Of a stretch of 64,000 nucleotides of DNA, positions 20,034 to 30,180 are shown piece by piece (positions within the stretch are counted from its first letter, which is position 1; every line of letters starts with the position of its first letter). The position numbers were made by a program, and so were the translations under genes. The notes under the pieces were generated by a model, which saw nothing but the letters and a program-made list of their open reading frames with translations, was not told the origin of the DNA and searched no databases. Where the stretch lies: positions 1,559 through 65,558 of IMG/VR virus record IMGVR_UViG_3300006117_000001, one strand, 5' to 3'. Origin of the DNA: a virus. Its lineage: Duplodnaviria > Caudoviricetes.

Positions 20034-20132
20034 GTTCTGTTCCTTGGTCTCAGTGGGTATCCCAAGCTGTCTCTGAGTGCGTCCTGCCGGGAAGGGTCGG
20101 CGGTCAGAATGGGATTATTCTTCCTCATACTT

Positions 20133-20165
20133 ACTAATACGCAACGGGCAAAAAATCCGCCCTAA
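20133..20165 (-). promoter_or_regulatory. Putative phage late promoter TTAGGGCG-N15-GCGTATTAGT
   Basis: Exact bipartite motif. Confidence 0.75.
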
Positions 20166-20638
20166 ATTTGGTAGCTATTTGACTTTTTTACGTTATCTGT
20201 GCCAGGGATGACCCGCAGATTAGAAAACACATGTAAACCGGACACTTTTTTGCCTTGTAGGGGAATAATGTGGTCAACATGGTGAATAATGCCAGTCTCG
20301 CGCGTGAGCATGGCTGCTAAAGAGTATTTGGCTTCGATCATACGAAGCTCAGATTCTGTTAGCCATTTTGGAACTCTTTGTAATAATGCAGCTTGACGCT
20401 TACGAGTACGGGCTACTTTTTTATGTGGATTTGCTTTATCGTGTTTATTTAATCTGTTTAAATCTAAAGCTTTTACATCTGGTCTTTGTGATCTTTCATG
20501 TTTTTTAATTAATAAACATTCAACACAAGTTCTATTGCTTAATAATTTTTCTGCAACATGGCCGTGTTTGCATGGTTCACCAGTGTAATATCTGGTTAAC
20601 TTTTGCTCAATTGCCTGTTGTCGTGAAATTAATTTCAT
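20162..20638 (-). CDS. HNH homing endonuclease
   Basis: YYTGEPCKHGH...CVEC zinc motif and HVDHIIPLQG...GLHV..NL...N..KSN; probable ATG at 20638. Confidence 0.85.
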   Translation of the reverse strand: MKLISRQQAIEQKLTRYYTGEPCKHGHVAEKLLSNRTCVECLLIKKHERSQRPDVKALDLNRLNKHDKANPHKKVARTRKRQAALLQRVPKWLTESELRMIEAKYSLAAMLTRETGIIHHVDHIIPLQGKKVSGLHVFSNLRVIPGTDNVKKSNSYQI

Positions 20639-20654
20639 ACCAATATTATACATG

Positions 20655-20685
20655 AAAACAGCCACTCTTGTGAAGTGGCTGTTTT
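20655..20685 (-). terminator. Rho-independent terminator after the major capsid gene
   Basis: AAAACAGCCAC-loop-GTGGCTGTTTT inverted repeat. Confidence 0.7.
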
Positions 20686-20713
20686 ACTATTTTACAACAT
20701 TACTGGATTTGGA

Positions 20714-21631
20714 TTACAAGCCAGCTGTGCCGTAGATGTTGCGTGGATCGTGCCAACCTGTGCTGTAACGCTCAGTTGCTTTGTAGCGCATGCTATCTGT
20801 CTCAAAATCCCCCTCCATACTTTTTTCCATAGGACGACGCATTACGAGCATCAAGCCATTTTCAGCATCAGTCTGAACCCACCAAGCTTTGCTAGAGGAC
20901 AAACGTGTAACCACGTGCGTTCCTTTAGGCAACATGCCTGTTGATTTGATTGGGTTCAAATCATTGTCAGCTGTACCAGAACGGAGAACAGACTTCAGAA
21001 TTACTTCTGACTGGAACTCGAGTGCTGGTGGAACAACTAACTGCTCAGCCTTCAAACGGATACGCTTACCGTTGTTGTCAACTGCTGAACGGATCTGAAT
21101 GAGCATTTGCTCAACAGAAGTTTGGCTTAAAGCTGCAGCTGTTGAGAGCTGGTTGCTGTAAGTTGCGCCGTTAGCGATTGGGTGTGCTGTGTTGATCAAT
21201 GTAACACCATCGCCACCTGTGTAGCCAGCTGTGAACGCAAAGTTCAACAAGTTAGCGCACAATGTTTCTTTGGTTTCAATCATAGATTGAGCCAAGTGCT
21301 TAGCGAATGTGCTACCGATACGGATGTGATCGCCGTCTTCCATCAAAACTTTGGTCAAAGCGTATGCCAAGCCATAGATTTGGTAGATGAAACGGGTGAT
21401 GTACAAAGTACCACCTTGATCGTAGCTAACTGGAGTGCCATCGGGCATTGCAGGAGCTGCGTTCATACCGAAGAGCATTACTTCTTCATGGTAGTTACGT
21501 GGGATACCTTGGATCTGTTCTACGAAACCTTTCCACTCGTCAGAGCGCTGTTCGTATACACCATCAAAGACTTCGTTGATAATCGGTTCGACTACCGCAC
21601 GAAAGTCGGTACTGCGCATTGGGGTTGCCAT
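20714..21631 (-). CDS. Major capsid protein (HK97 fold)
   Basis: 305 aa; GDGVTL...HP, LVVPPALE, YKATERYSTGW.DPR..YG motifs; highly biased codons. Confidence 0.85.
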   Translation of the reverse strand: MATPMRSTDFRAVVEPIINEVFDGVYEQRSDEWKGFVEQIQGIPRNYHEEVMLFGMNAAPAMPDGTPVSYDQGGTLYITRFIYQIYGLAYALTKVLMEDGDHIRIGSTFAKHLAQSMIETKETLCANLLNFAFTAGYTGGDGVTLINTAHPIANGATYSNQLSTAAALSQTSVEQMLIQIRSAVDNNGKRIRLKAEQLVVPPALEFQSEVILKSVLRSGTADNDLNPIKSTGMLPKGTHVVTRLSSSKAWWVQTDAENGLMLVMRRPMEKSMEGDFETDSMRYKATERYSTGWHDPRNIYGTAGL

Positions 21632-21654
21632 GTTTTAGTCCTTTCTTTCGTTAA

Positions 21655-22317
21655 TTAAACCGAGATCGACGGAGCGACGATTTGGCTGTTAGCAATTTGA
21701 ACTTGAACGATTGTGTAAGTGTCGCCCCAGGCATTTGTTTGACCTGTTGGGTAAGCTACTTCACGTCCGAGTCCAACCACTTTAACTTGACCTTGAGCGC
21801 CGAGAGCTACAGATGTAGCTGCCAATGCTGTTGTCGAGAAACCTGCGCCGCCGTTGCCGATTGAATAACCGGTTGTAGCATTGTTGGTTGCGTCAAAGTT
21901 ATACTCTTGACCGATTGCTGTTGGGAGAACAGAACCGTTTACTTGAGCTTCATAAACCATAGCTGGATCTGTGAAGAGCCAGAAAATGATTTGTGTAGAA
22001 GCATCTAATGTTGCTTTAGAAGCCCATTTAGCTACAGAGCGACGACCTTGTGAGTCTGTGAACTCAACGCCATCAAATACGCCGAACATGCGGCCTGTTG
22101 CTGCTAAAGTAGGAGCTGGAATTAACTGACCAGAAGTGTTAATTGCTACTGGTTGGTATTGGTAAAAAGCCTGACCTGTTGTAAGACCGTATGGTGCATT
22201 GTATGTGTTGTCAGTAGCAGCTTGGAAGCTGTTTGTGCCAACAAATTGGGTTGCACGATCTAAACCACTTGGGTGGTAAGCTGGCTTCAGACCAAAAGGT
22301 TGGAATGTCGTAGACAT
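21655..22317 (-). CDS. Capsid-associated (minor capsid/cement) protein
   Basis: PFGLKP start, GVF.GVEFTD and DP..VYE.Q motifs; immediately upstream of MCP. Confidence 0.6.
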   Translation of the reverse strand: MSTTFQPFGLKPAYHPSGLDRATQFVGTNSFQAATDNTYNAPYGLTTGQAFYQYQPVAINTSGQLIPAPTLAATGRMFGVFDGVEFTDSQGRRSVAKWASKATLDASTQIIFWLFTDPAMVYEAQVNGSVLPTAIGQEYNFDATNNATTGYSIGNGGAGFSTTALAATSVALGAQGQVKVVGLGREVAYPTGQTNAWGDTYTIVQVQIANSQIVAPSISV

Positions 22318-22346
22318 CTATTTTATCCTTTGTGTTTTGAAGAATG

Positions 22347-22910
22347 TTAAGAGAAACGAATGTTTTTGTTATTCGCTTTTGCGGTTTCCTTTTCCATCTC
22401 CAAAAGCCCGCCTTCCAAGACTGAACGTCCGCCCTTATTACCCTGCGCAGTATCACGAACTTGTGACGTAATATTGCGTTGGTGCTCGAGAGGATCCTCG
22501 AGATGGAGCATGCGCATCACTTCTTGGTAAACGTCCTCTGGTAATTTGAAGAGAACCATTTCGTTACAACTAACACAGCCTTCAAACTTGCCCGAGCTCA
22601 TCTTGCCTAGTCCTTCAAAGCCTATTCCTAATTCTGAGGCTTTAACTGGCTCATAACCCAATGCCATACGTTTGTCGATACTGTCGTAAGTATTGGTTGT
22701 TGACAACCAACATAAATGGAATCCAGGGATAATCCCGTTTTCCAATTCGGGCAACGCACTATTTGCCCACTTGTCTCTAAACGCTTCAAGGCGTTCACGA
22801 CGTGCGATATCATCGGGAGCTGCAGTTAATGCTCGCTCCATTACTTCTTGTGCTCGATCGGCTAAGCGATCATCTAAGTCACGTTTAATTCTTGTATTTG
22901 CCATTTTCAT
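22347..22910 (-). CDS. Head-module protein
   Basis: PGFHLCW...GYEPV...MVLFKLP pattern; between scaffold and capsid genes. Confidence 0.5.
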   Translation of the reverse strand: MKMANTRIKRDLDDRLADRAQEVMERALTAAPDDIARRERLEAFRDKWANSALPELENGIIPGFHLCWLSTTNTYDSIDKRMALGYEPVKASELGIGFEGLGKMSSGKFEGCVSCNEMVLFKLPEDVYQEVMRMLHLEDPLEHQRNITSQVRDTAQGNKGGRSVLEGGLLEMEKETAKANNKNIRFS

Positions 22911-23914
22911 TAACCTTTATTAGCACGATCGTACGATTGATACGCACGAATCATTTTGTTTCGTTTTTCTACATCATCCCAAGCTCCAGCATCTTTAATT
23001 GCTTGAACACGATCACGACTTAACGTAATGGTGCCAGGCTTTGATGCTGATGCATTTGCCACACGGCTAGAAGCCGATGGGTTTGCACGTTTGCTTGAAG
23101 ACCCTTTTGATGTATACCGATGTGGTAAACGAGTCGTTAAACGACTATCTAGCTCATCCCAATACTCAGGATCAGAAGGATCCCAACCATCGGCTGCTAG
23201 TTCTTGGTCAACTACTTTGGCAATTCTACTATCTGTATCTCGAGCCTGCGGGTCATACCAAGAATTACGTTTTAGCCATTTTGTGGCATTTTGTTGAACC
23301 TCTGTTGTAACAGGATTCGGAACGTTTTGCTTAGGTGACTGTGCAGTCTCAACTTGTTGTTTCTTGTAATGCTGAACTTGTTGCAAACGCTGTTTAGCGT
23401 CTGTCAACTGCTCTAAATACTCTATTTGCGCTGCTGCGTCATTAGCCTGAGCTGCTTTTAGCATCATCATTTTTGCATACTCAACTTTGGTGGCCTCGTC
23501 TTCGATGGCTTTATCAAGTTGTGCAAATTGGTAAGATGAAGCTGTATTTTCTACCGCAGCTAATCGTCTTGCTAATTCTTCATTACGTCGCTCAAGAGCA
23601 CTAATTTTGTTTTTTGCAGAAATCTCACGCTGTCTCTTTAATTCTTTTTTGAGTTTGCGTTCTTCTCTGCGGGCTTCACGGATTTGCTCTCGCTCTTCTT
23701 CCGTTTCGCCTTCGTTTGGCTCATCATCTTGCTCATTGCCGTGTTCATCATCATGATCTTCATCATGGGACTCTACATCGTCTTTAACTTTTTTCTTTTT
23801 GCCGCCGTCTGTTTCTTCATCAGCATCAGCAAGAGGATCTGGTACCATTTCAAGTGCTACCAGCGCACTTCCATCTTCTAGTTCCTTGACAGGAACATCT
23901 TTATTTTCTACCAT
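22910..23914 (-). CDS. Scaffolding protein
   Basis: Acidic N-terminus, long coiled coil, W...NSWY and EYWDELD motifs. Confidence 0.65.
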   Translation of the reverse strand: MVENKDVPVKELEDGSALVALEMVPDPLADADEETDGGKKKKVKDDVESHDEDHDDEHGNEQDDEPNEGETEEEREQIREARREERKLKKELKRQREISAKNKISALERRNEELARRLAAVENTASSYQFAQLDKAIEDEATKVEYAKMMMLKAAQANDAAAQIEYLEQLTDAKQRLQQVQHYKKQQVETAQSPKQNVPNPVTTEVQQNATKWLKRNSWYDPQARDTDSRIAKVVDQELAADGWDPSDPEYWDELDSRLTTRLPHRYTSKGSSSKRANPSASSRVANASASKPGTITLSRDRVQAIKDAGAWDDVEKRNKMIRAYQSYDRANKG

Positions 23915-23931
23915 ATTTACTTTCTACAAAG

Positions 23932-24372
23932 TTAGTCTACAAACGCTTTCATTTTCTGCGCAGCCTCAAAAGACTTAATGCGAGAAATGACTTCACGTGC
24001 TTGGATTGTGATAAACACCACAGGGGCGCCTTCATCATCCGGATTAACAACAAAACGATCACCACCGTACTTAATTGTTCTAACCAAATCGCCTTCTTTA
24101 CACCACGGGCCTTCAATCCAAGGCTCAAGGTTATCTGGCGACTTATATGCTAGAGGGCCAATTTGGCGTACTTTAGCTACAGTCTCATTGAAACGTAACG
24201 TTTGTTTGGTTTCATCTACTAGTATGATGCCACCTTTGCTAGTGTTCTTTTCTCGGCGTAACTGCACCAATACTCGGTCCCCAGCAACATCAATTCCAGG
24301 GTCAATCTCAGGAAAACATTCTAGTTCTGATCTTGTATCTGGCTCGTCCCTACTACTTAAATCAAATGCCAT
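23932..24372 (-). CDS. GroES-like co-chaperonin
   Basis: GDRVLVQ...TSKGGIIL...GP.AY...WCKEGD.V...YGG. Confidence 0.8.
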   Translation of the reverse strand: MAFDLSSRDEPDTRSELECFPEIDPGIDVAGDRVLVQLRREKNTSKGGIILVDETKQTLRFNETVAKVRQIGPLAYKSPDNLEPWIEGPWCKEGDLVRTIKYGGDRFVVNPDDEGAPVVFITIQAREVISRIKSFEAAQKMKAFVD

Positions 24373-24392
24373 CCGGCAATCTCCTATGATCT

Positions 24393-24584
24393 TTACAGAT
24401 CTTCTTCGTCTTCCCTCAAAATTTCGTCAATAATGCCTAATACTTCTTTAAAACCTTCAAATCGACCAACTAAACGCTGGTAATCATCAAAAGAGTTGAC
24501 ATTATTTCCAGCGGTGAGGGTTTCCGCCAATTTTGCCTGCTCATCGCGCGTTCGCGCAATAATTTCAGAAATAAAGTCCTTCAT
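24393..24584 (-). CDS. Small head-module protein
   Basis: 63 aa; DYQRLVGRFEG; ATG 6 nt after the promoter motif. Confidence 0.6.
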   Translation of the reverse strand: MKDFISEIIARTRDEQAKLAETLTAGNNVNSFDDYQRLVGRFEGFKEVLGIIDEILREDEEDL

Positions 24585-24590
24585 GTTTTC

Positions 24591-24623
24591 ACTAATACGC
24601 TAGCAGAAGAAAATCCGCCCTAA
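24591..24623 (-). promoter_or_regulatory. Putative phage late promoter TTAGGGCG-N15-GCGTATTAGT
   Basis: Exact bipartite motif. Confidence 0.75.
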
Positions 24624-24625
24624 AA

Positions 24626-24850
24626 TTAGTAGAAATTTCCGCCGCCGATGTCATTTAAGTTCTTATCTGGTCCAACTTTAGAAGATTTAACCTTGTTTTG
24701 GTTTAAAACTGCGTTATTTGAACGCTTGCTGCCAGATGTTCCTTGGTCAATTGTTTTTTCGCCAGGTCCGCCAGCATTTCCTGGTGTTCCAGTCATTTTG
24801 TATGTCTTACGGAAACCTAATTCGCCGCCGTCTTGTGGGTTTTTTGCCAT
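24626..24850 (-). CDS. Small basic protein
   Basis: 74 aa, coupled to the portal stop. Confidence 0.5.
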   Translation of the reverse strand: MAKNPQDGGELGFRKTYKMTGTPGNAGGPGEKTIDQGTSGSKRSNNAVLNQNKVKSSKVGPDKNLNDIGGGNFY

Positions 24851-27693
24851 TATTGTGCTCCTGTAGGGGGTGTTTGTTGTGATTCTGGTTGTTGAGTTGC
24901 TTGGTTTTGTTCTTGAAACGATTGTTGCTGCATTTGTTGTTCGTGTTGTTGTTGAGCTAGAGCAGCATCATGTTGTTGCTGAGCTTGTTGCGCCACTTGA
25001 TCTGCTTGAGCCTTAAATGTGGCTTGTTGCAACGCAATACCATGCTGGCGGATATCTTGATCGGCTGCTTGAACCGCATCAATTGCAGACAAATTCTGTT
25101 CATGCTCAAGCTGGGCTTGTTGCTGATCCATTTGCGCGCCAGCTGTAATCATAGCCACACGCTCTTTTGCTGCGTTGTTGATATTGGCCATAGCAATATC
25201 GGTAGCATTACGTTGGTTGTCAATGCTGGTTTGTGTTGTGTATTTAGCCTGTAGTTCTGCAACTTTTTGCTGTAATTCTGCAACTTTAAGTTGATAGTTT
25301 TGTTGAGCTTGTTGCAATTCTGCTTGTAATTTAGCTTGGGCTTCTTGTGTTTTGCGTTGTGTTTCGGCCATTTGCGTTTTAATAATTGCAGCAGAGGTTG
25401 GATCGGCCAATGCGGCATTTTGTTGCTGTTGCTGTTGAGCTTGAGCAACTTTTTGTGCCAACGCTTGAATTTGTTGTACATATGGGCCAAGATCTTGTTG
25501 TGAGTCTTGGTTTACCATTTGGGATGCCAAAGCCAAAGCTTGTTGGGCCGCTTGATCCAATGGTTTTTCTTGATGCAATTCCAATGTATCGCGCCCACCA
25601 GCTGCTTGCGCAACATACCCGCGCATAGATTGCAAGTAATGCAGTGTTAAATGTTGTTTAAGGTGTTCTAAAGCATGAGGAGCAAAAGTAGGCCCAATAA
25701 CAGGGTTGCCACCATAAGCTGGGTTATTTGCATATTCGAGGTGAATTTTAATGTGGGCAATATGGTCTTGATCTGGATATGCTGCGGCGGGTCTACCCAT
25801 GGTCATAGAAACGTTTTCTAATGCTGGGTTAGACTCATTAGCACCTAACGGATTTGGCAATATTTCTTCTGCGTCTGGAACTTTAAGTTGTTTTAAAACA
25901 CGTTTGTAAACTGCTTGAACGTTAAACATCCCTGGAGGCGCGGATGTTGCCATTTGTAACAAGGCTTGGTTTTGAGCAAGACGTTGTGTTTCAGAAAAAA
26001 TGTTAGGATCTGATACAGGTCGAATGTCATTGTTATAAGCAAAGTCACGAACTTCAATTTCTTCGCCGGACTGATTGTCCATTTCCTGCAAATACCAATG
26101 ATTGAGTCGCGAAATAATTTTAAGCGACATTGCTTGACTGCGGTGCAGGCGAGCATGAATACTAGAAAATACTTTAGCACCTTGTTCAATAAGGGCTTGG
26201 GTTGTGCCAACAGGCATTTGGCTGTTAGCTTCAGAAATCTTTTCTTCTGCAGTAGTAACAACGCCTTTAGCTGCGTTTGTCAACCAACCAAGCAAATCAA
26301 ACAATACTGATGATGGAGGATTGAACGGCATTGGCATTGCAATCTTGCGAACATCATCGACCCCCGGACCGGCTTCAACTTCGACTACTTGAGTTGGTTC
26401 GATCCTGTCAGATTGCCCACTAACTCGTCCAGTTTTGAGTTTAAGTAATGTCTGAGAGTTGTTGATATGAGCAGCATCAAGCAAAGCACGTAGAGCGCCA
26501 GTGAGAGCAGCAGAGAGACCGCCAATAAGATGGGGCAAGCCAATAGCATAAGCACCGCGCCAAGGAATGAATTTGAATTCAACATACCAATCCAGTTTTT
26601 CGAGTTTCTCATCATTCGCTTCCCAGTTACGATACAAGGCCAACACTTTGTTGCTGGTCTCATCAATAATTAAAATATACGGCGCACGTTTTCCATCGGT
26701 AAGGTCATCATCTTCTAAACGTAAAAAGCAAGTGATTTCGTAAATTCTACGCAAACCGTCAATATTTTTAGAAGGCTCTTCTTTGCCTTCAATTTTTGCG
26801 TTGGCTTTTTCAGATTGTGTTTGGTCTGTTAAAGGAGCATCTGAAGTATATGCTGCGTTTTCCAAATCACGGTAAAATCCAGAATCAATACGTTGTTGAT
26901 ACGTATCTTCTGTAATGTCTTGTTGCTCAGCTACTCGCTGAGATGTGTAAAAGTTTGTTGTGGAATACGGCAGGATAATATTATCAATTGGTACCCATTC
27001 ACAAGTTGGCCTACGCTGTTCGTCATCATAGCGCCATTTTAAAAATTGTGATCCGCCAAGGGGAAGCTGTGTTAACAACTGTTCCATTTCATCGCGGTAT
27101 TCTGGAACTTGTTCTGTCAATTGCCAATTTAAGAAATTAACTTTACGGTTAGAAACTTCTAACTTGCTTAAATTGTCATTACCTTTAATATTTGATTTGA
27201 CAATGCCATCTGATGGCAATAATTCTTTGGTAGAACTTGCGGCAAAATCAACACAAGCTTCTGCCATAACAGGGTGTACTACTTTTGATGCACCGTCAAA
27301 TGTTGCGCCACCAGGGGCGTCTTTTCCAAGTCCTGTACGGCGCAGTCCTTCTTCGTACTGTTTGTCACGCTGACTACGTGCTTCTTTATCAACGTCGATG
27401 TAATCTAAATATTCATTTGCCAAAGAGTCTAAAGTAGATTCGTCTAGCTCTTCTGCCAAATTGGAATAAAATTCTGGATTTTTAAGCGGGCTTTGTTTTT
27501 CTTGGAAATTGACAATTACTGAACCATCTTCAAGTTCAATAACTTCTTGCTCGACATCTTCAGGATCTAACCCTAGGGCTTCCTCATAGGCATCCATTTC
27601 AGCATCTTGCTGTTTAGCCTGGTCGATATCGTCCTCTCGCTCTAAACCTGGCAGATTTGCGCCGTTTTGGATTGGTAATATTGGATTTGCCAT
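24850..27693 (-). CDS. Portal protein with Gln-rich C-terminal coiled coil
   Basis: 947 aa; FYSNLAE, GASKVVHP..AEA, PVGTT.ALIEQG, PVSDPN and QDH.AHI motifs; follows terL. Confidence 0.85.
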   Translation of the reverse strand: MANPILPIQNGANLPGLEREDDIDQAKQQDAEMDAYEEALGLDPEDVEQEVIELEDGSVIVNFQEKQSPLKNPEFYSNLAEELDESTLDSLANEYLDYIDVDKEARSQRDKQYEEGLRRTGLGKDAPGGATFDGASKVVHPVMAEACVDFAASSTKELLPSDGIVKSNIKGNDNLSKLEVSNRKVNFLNWQLTEQVPEYRDEMEQLLTQLPLGGSQFLKWRYDDEQRRPTCEWVPIDNIILPYSTTNFYTSQRVAEQQDITEDTYQQRIDSGFYRDLENAAYTSDAPLTDQTQSEKANAKIEGKEEPSKNIDGLRRIYEITCFLRLEDDDLTDGKRAPYILIIDETSNKVLALYRNWEANDEKLEKLDWYVEFKFIPWRGAYAIGLPHLIGGLSAALTGALRALLDAAHINNSQTLLKLKTGRVSGQSDRIEPTQVVEVEAGPGVDDVRKIAMPMPFNPPSSVLFDLLGWLTNAAKGVVTTAEEKISEANSQMPVGTTQALIEQGAKVFSSIHARLHRSQAMSLKIISRLNHWYLQEMDNQSGEEIEVRDFAYNNDIRPVSDPNIFSETQRLAQNQALLQMATSAPPGMFNVQAVYKRVLKQLKVPDAEEILPNPLGANESNPALENVSMTMGRPAAAYPDQDHIAHIKIHLEYANNPAYGGNPVIGPTFAPHALEHLKQHLTLHYLQSMRGYVAQAAGGRDTLELHQEKPLDQAAQQALALASQMVNQDSQQDLGPYVQQIQALAQKVAQAQQQQQQNAALADPTSAAIIKTQMAETQRKTQEAQAKLQAELQQAQQNYQLKVAELQQKVAELQAKYTTQTSIDNQRNATDIAMANINNAAKERVAMITAGAQMDQQQAQLEHEQNLSAIDAVQAADQDIRQHGIALQQATFKAQADQVAQQAQQQHDAALAQQQHEQQMQQQSFQEQNQATQQPESQQTPPTGAQ

Positions 27694-27732
27694 AAATGAG
27701 ATTAAATAAAAATTGAAAAGGCCCTTATTCTA

Positions 27733-27765
27733 ACTAATACGCTAAAAAGGGATATTCCGCCCTAA
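27733..27765 (-). promoter_or_regulatory. Putative phage late promoter TTAGGGCG-N15-GCGTATTAGT
   Basis: Exact bipartite motif upstream of the portal gene. Confidence 0.75.
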
Positions 27766-27772
27766 TAATTTT

Positions 27773-29218
27773 TTATTGGGCGTAAGGATTTGCAAAACGT
27801 TTACGGGAATCATCATCTGCGTAGTCATAATCCCTTGCTGGCAGGGGGTCAAGTTGTAACCAGCCAGCATCTCTGAGATACCTTAAACCCTGAGAAAGGG
27901 CGTCCACATAGTCATCATGCCCTCCAGCTTCGGGAAAAGAGCACACTTGGCGCAAAAAGCGTTTTGTCCAGCTAGCAAACTCCCCTTTTTGGTTTGGGTC
28001 TTCTGGGATAAACACTTTGCCCTTGGCAACAAGCGGGGCCACAATGTTTAAGCGCTGCACCTTGTCAGCTCTGCCAGGGTTGTATCCTTGGACAGGAACT
28101 CCAGCTCCTCTAAGTTCTTGAATAAGAGAAATACCAGCTGATTTATCTTCCATTAAAATTAAATCAGCTTTTCGCCCCTTGCCAAATTCGTTATCTGCTC
28201 CGTAAACAACTTCTTTAAAGTCGTCAATTACTTTTCGGCGCAATTCTGGATAAGAAAGATGTTCATCCCAGCAATCTAACAAGATGGCGCAGACACCGCC
28301 GTCAATTTGTTCAAAAATTCCCCAAACTTCGCAAGCAGTGGGGTCGTTTATAGTTTTTTCGCTAGTGGCCGGATCATAGGAAGCCAATACATATTCCAAA
28401 GTAGGAGTTGGCTTGTTGGCTGGCCACATCTTAAACATTTTGCGTTTGATAATACCCGCAGCTTCTGGGTCAAGGATCTCACCATAAATCTCTTGGCGGC
28501 CAATATCGGTGCCATCGTAGGTTTCTAGCTGTTTAAAAAATGTTTCGGAGAGGTTCGCCCGATTGTCATACGAGGACGCGTTGGCGACAAAGACGTCTCC
28601 ACCGACTTTGCCTTCGTTAAGGTCAACGATAAGCTCTTTTGGCTTTGGCGTGGTGGTAATGATTTGCTGGACTCGTGGAATCCTAGGATCGCGCAAACGG
28701 AGGGTAAACTGTACTCCATCGTATGCTTCGTCAATATACTCAAAGGCGCACAGCTCGTCAAACCAGGCTCCATGATATTGCTTACCACGATAACGTTCTG
28801 GCTCGGAGGCGGGGATTCCTTGAATAAGGGATCCATTGGTAAGGGTAATCTCAAAGAGGGACTTGTTGTAATCTCTGATAAGGCTTTTGGGTATGATATT
28901 GAGAAGGCCGGAGTCTCCTTCGAAACAAGTTGCACGGATATCATTAGAGGTTGGGGCGGTAACAAGCCAGCGAGTGCGGTCAAAGGTAGCAGCCCGAATG
29001 CCAATCCAATGGCTAGCAGTGTGTGTTTTGCCTGATCCACGACCGGCAAGCATAAGAAACGTATCATACTCCCCATCTTCGGGTTCTTTTTGGTGGTCAA
29101 GTGCTTGGGCTTTCCATTTAGCCATCCAAGCCATTAGTTCAAATTTTTCTTTAGGCCAATGTTTACGTTGCTCTAAATACTTCTGTAAAAGTTTGTGTTT
29201 TTCTTGATCTAAAGACAC
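27773..29218 (-). CDS. terL: Terminase large subunit
   Basis: Walker A GRGSGKT, Walker B WFDE, TTTP coupling motif, RNase H-like nuclease (YDPA, EDK, HDDYVDA). Confidence 0.92.
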   Translation of the reverse strand: MSLDQEKHKLLQKYLEQRKHWPKEKFELMAWMAKWKAQALDHQKEPEDGEYDTFLMLAGRGSGKTHTASHWIGIRAATFDRTRWLVTAPTSNDIRATCFEGDSGLLNIIPKSLIRDYNKSLFEITLTNGSLIQGIPASEPERYRGKQYHGAWFDELCAFEYIDEAYDGVQFTLRLRDPRIPRVQQIITTTPKPKELIVDLNEGKVGGDVFVANASSYDNRANLSETFFKQLETYDGTDIGRQEIYGEILDPEAAGIIKRKMFKMWPANKPTPTLEYVLASYDPATSEKTINDPTACEVWGIFEQIDGGVCAILLDCWDEHLSYPELRRKVIDDFKEVVYGADNEFGKGRKADLILMEDKSAGISLIQELRGAGVPVQGYNPGRADKVQRLNIVAPLVAKGKVFIPEDPNQKGEFASWTKRFLRQVCSFPEAGGHDDYVDALSQGLRYLRDAGWLQLDPLPARDYDYADDDSRKRFANPYAQ

Positions 29219-30180
29219 GGAATAAATCCTTCCCCGACTAAAATTGTGTTGTCTTCGCCATCTGTTTCGATGTGAACACAGTTTTGTGGTTCAATTTCAT
29301 AAATTTCCCGAACTAGTCTCCAAGTTTGTCTAACCTTAATAGGTTCGGGGGTTTGTTCTTGCGTTAATTGTAACTTAGTTTTGATAAACAACGTGTAATA
29401 CTTTTTTGTTCTGTCGTATAACATTTTAGTTTTGCAACCCAAAGACTCAGCTAGGTTTTGAACTTGGGTGACGCTGTGTTTAGTCTTCCAAGTAAACCTA
29501 AAAATTTGGTTTTTCTTATTAAACTGCTTGGCTTTACTATGCAAAATCCCACTTAGCAGTTCTTGACGCTGCTCTGGATCAGAAAACAAATAGTTATTGG
29601 GTATTTTTGTTGGAACCAAAGGGATTAAATGTGAAACTACTGTGGGCGTTGTGGTAAACGCCGCTTTTTTATTGGGGATATACCCATGGCTTTTAAACTT
29701 TTCCCTTACAAATTCATCAAAAATTACAGGCGGTTTCAAAGTCCCGTCTTTTTTGCGATTAAAAAACCAAAATCCAAAAATGAAAGGAGGTACTGGTAAG
29801 GTCTGATGGGGAAATTGAATGGCCCCCGTAGTGGGCACCGAGTACACCATGCGATTGTTTCGGTGGGTGAGGGGCGAGTTTACCAATTCTGAGATTGGTG
29901 TGGGTCGTAATGGTCTTCTAAATTTCCTAACTCCCTTGTATTGCCGAACCCTTGCTCGGTATTTTGGAGTTTCTAATGGAAGCTTTAAATGTATATCACC
30001 CGCTACGGTAAGGTGGTCGTGAAACTGCACCTCGTAACAATTTTTGGCTCGGTATTGTTGAGCCAATTTAACTTTAACTGGTTTTCCAGTTCTATCAAAA
30101 ACTATGTCTCCTGCACGAACATCGCAAGCTAGTTTCCAATAATCAAGGGTTAATACCTTCTCTGTTGCCAAAATTGCCAT
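29209..30180 (-). CDS. Free-standing intein-like protein (Hint plus degenerate LAGLIDADG)
   Basis: Hint N-block (GDIVFDRTGKPVKV), PVPPFIFGFW, IPNNYL...R.ELLSGIL, SLG, C-block LVGEGFIPCL-stop; no exteins, no terminal HN. Confidence 0.7.
   Translation of the reverse strand: MAILATEKVLTLDYWKLACDVRAGDIVFDRTGKPVKVKLAQQYRAKNCYEVQFHDHLTVAGDIHLKLPLETPKYRARVRQYKGVRKFRRPLRPTPISELVNSPLTHRNNRMVYSVPTTGAIQFPHQTLPVPPFIFGFWFFNRKKDGTLKPPVIFDEFVREKFKSHGYIPNKKAAFTTTPTVVSHLIPLVPTKIPNNYLFSDPEQRQELLSGILHSKAKQFNKKNQIFRFTWKTKHSVTQVQNLAESLGCKTKMLYDRTKKYYTLFIKTKLQLTQEQTPEPIKVRQTWRLVREIYEIEPQNCVHIETDGEDNTILVGEGFIPCL

Noticed and set aside
29200-29230. Programmed frameshift fusing the intein-like ORF to terL
   Set aside because: No slippery heptamer is evident and the catalytic His-Asn is missing in both frames; translational coupling is simpler.
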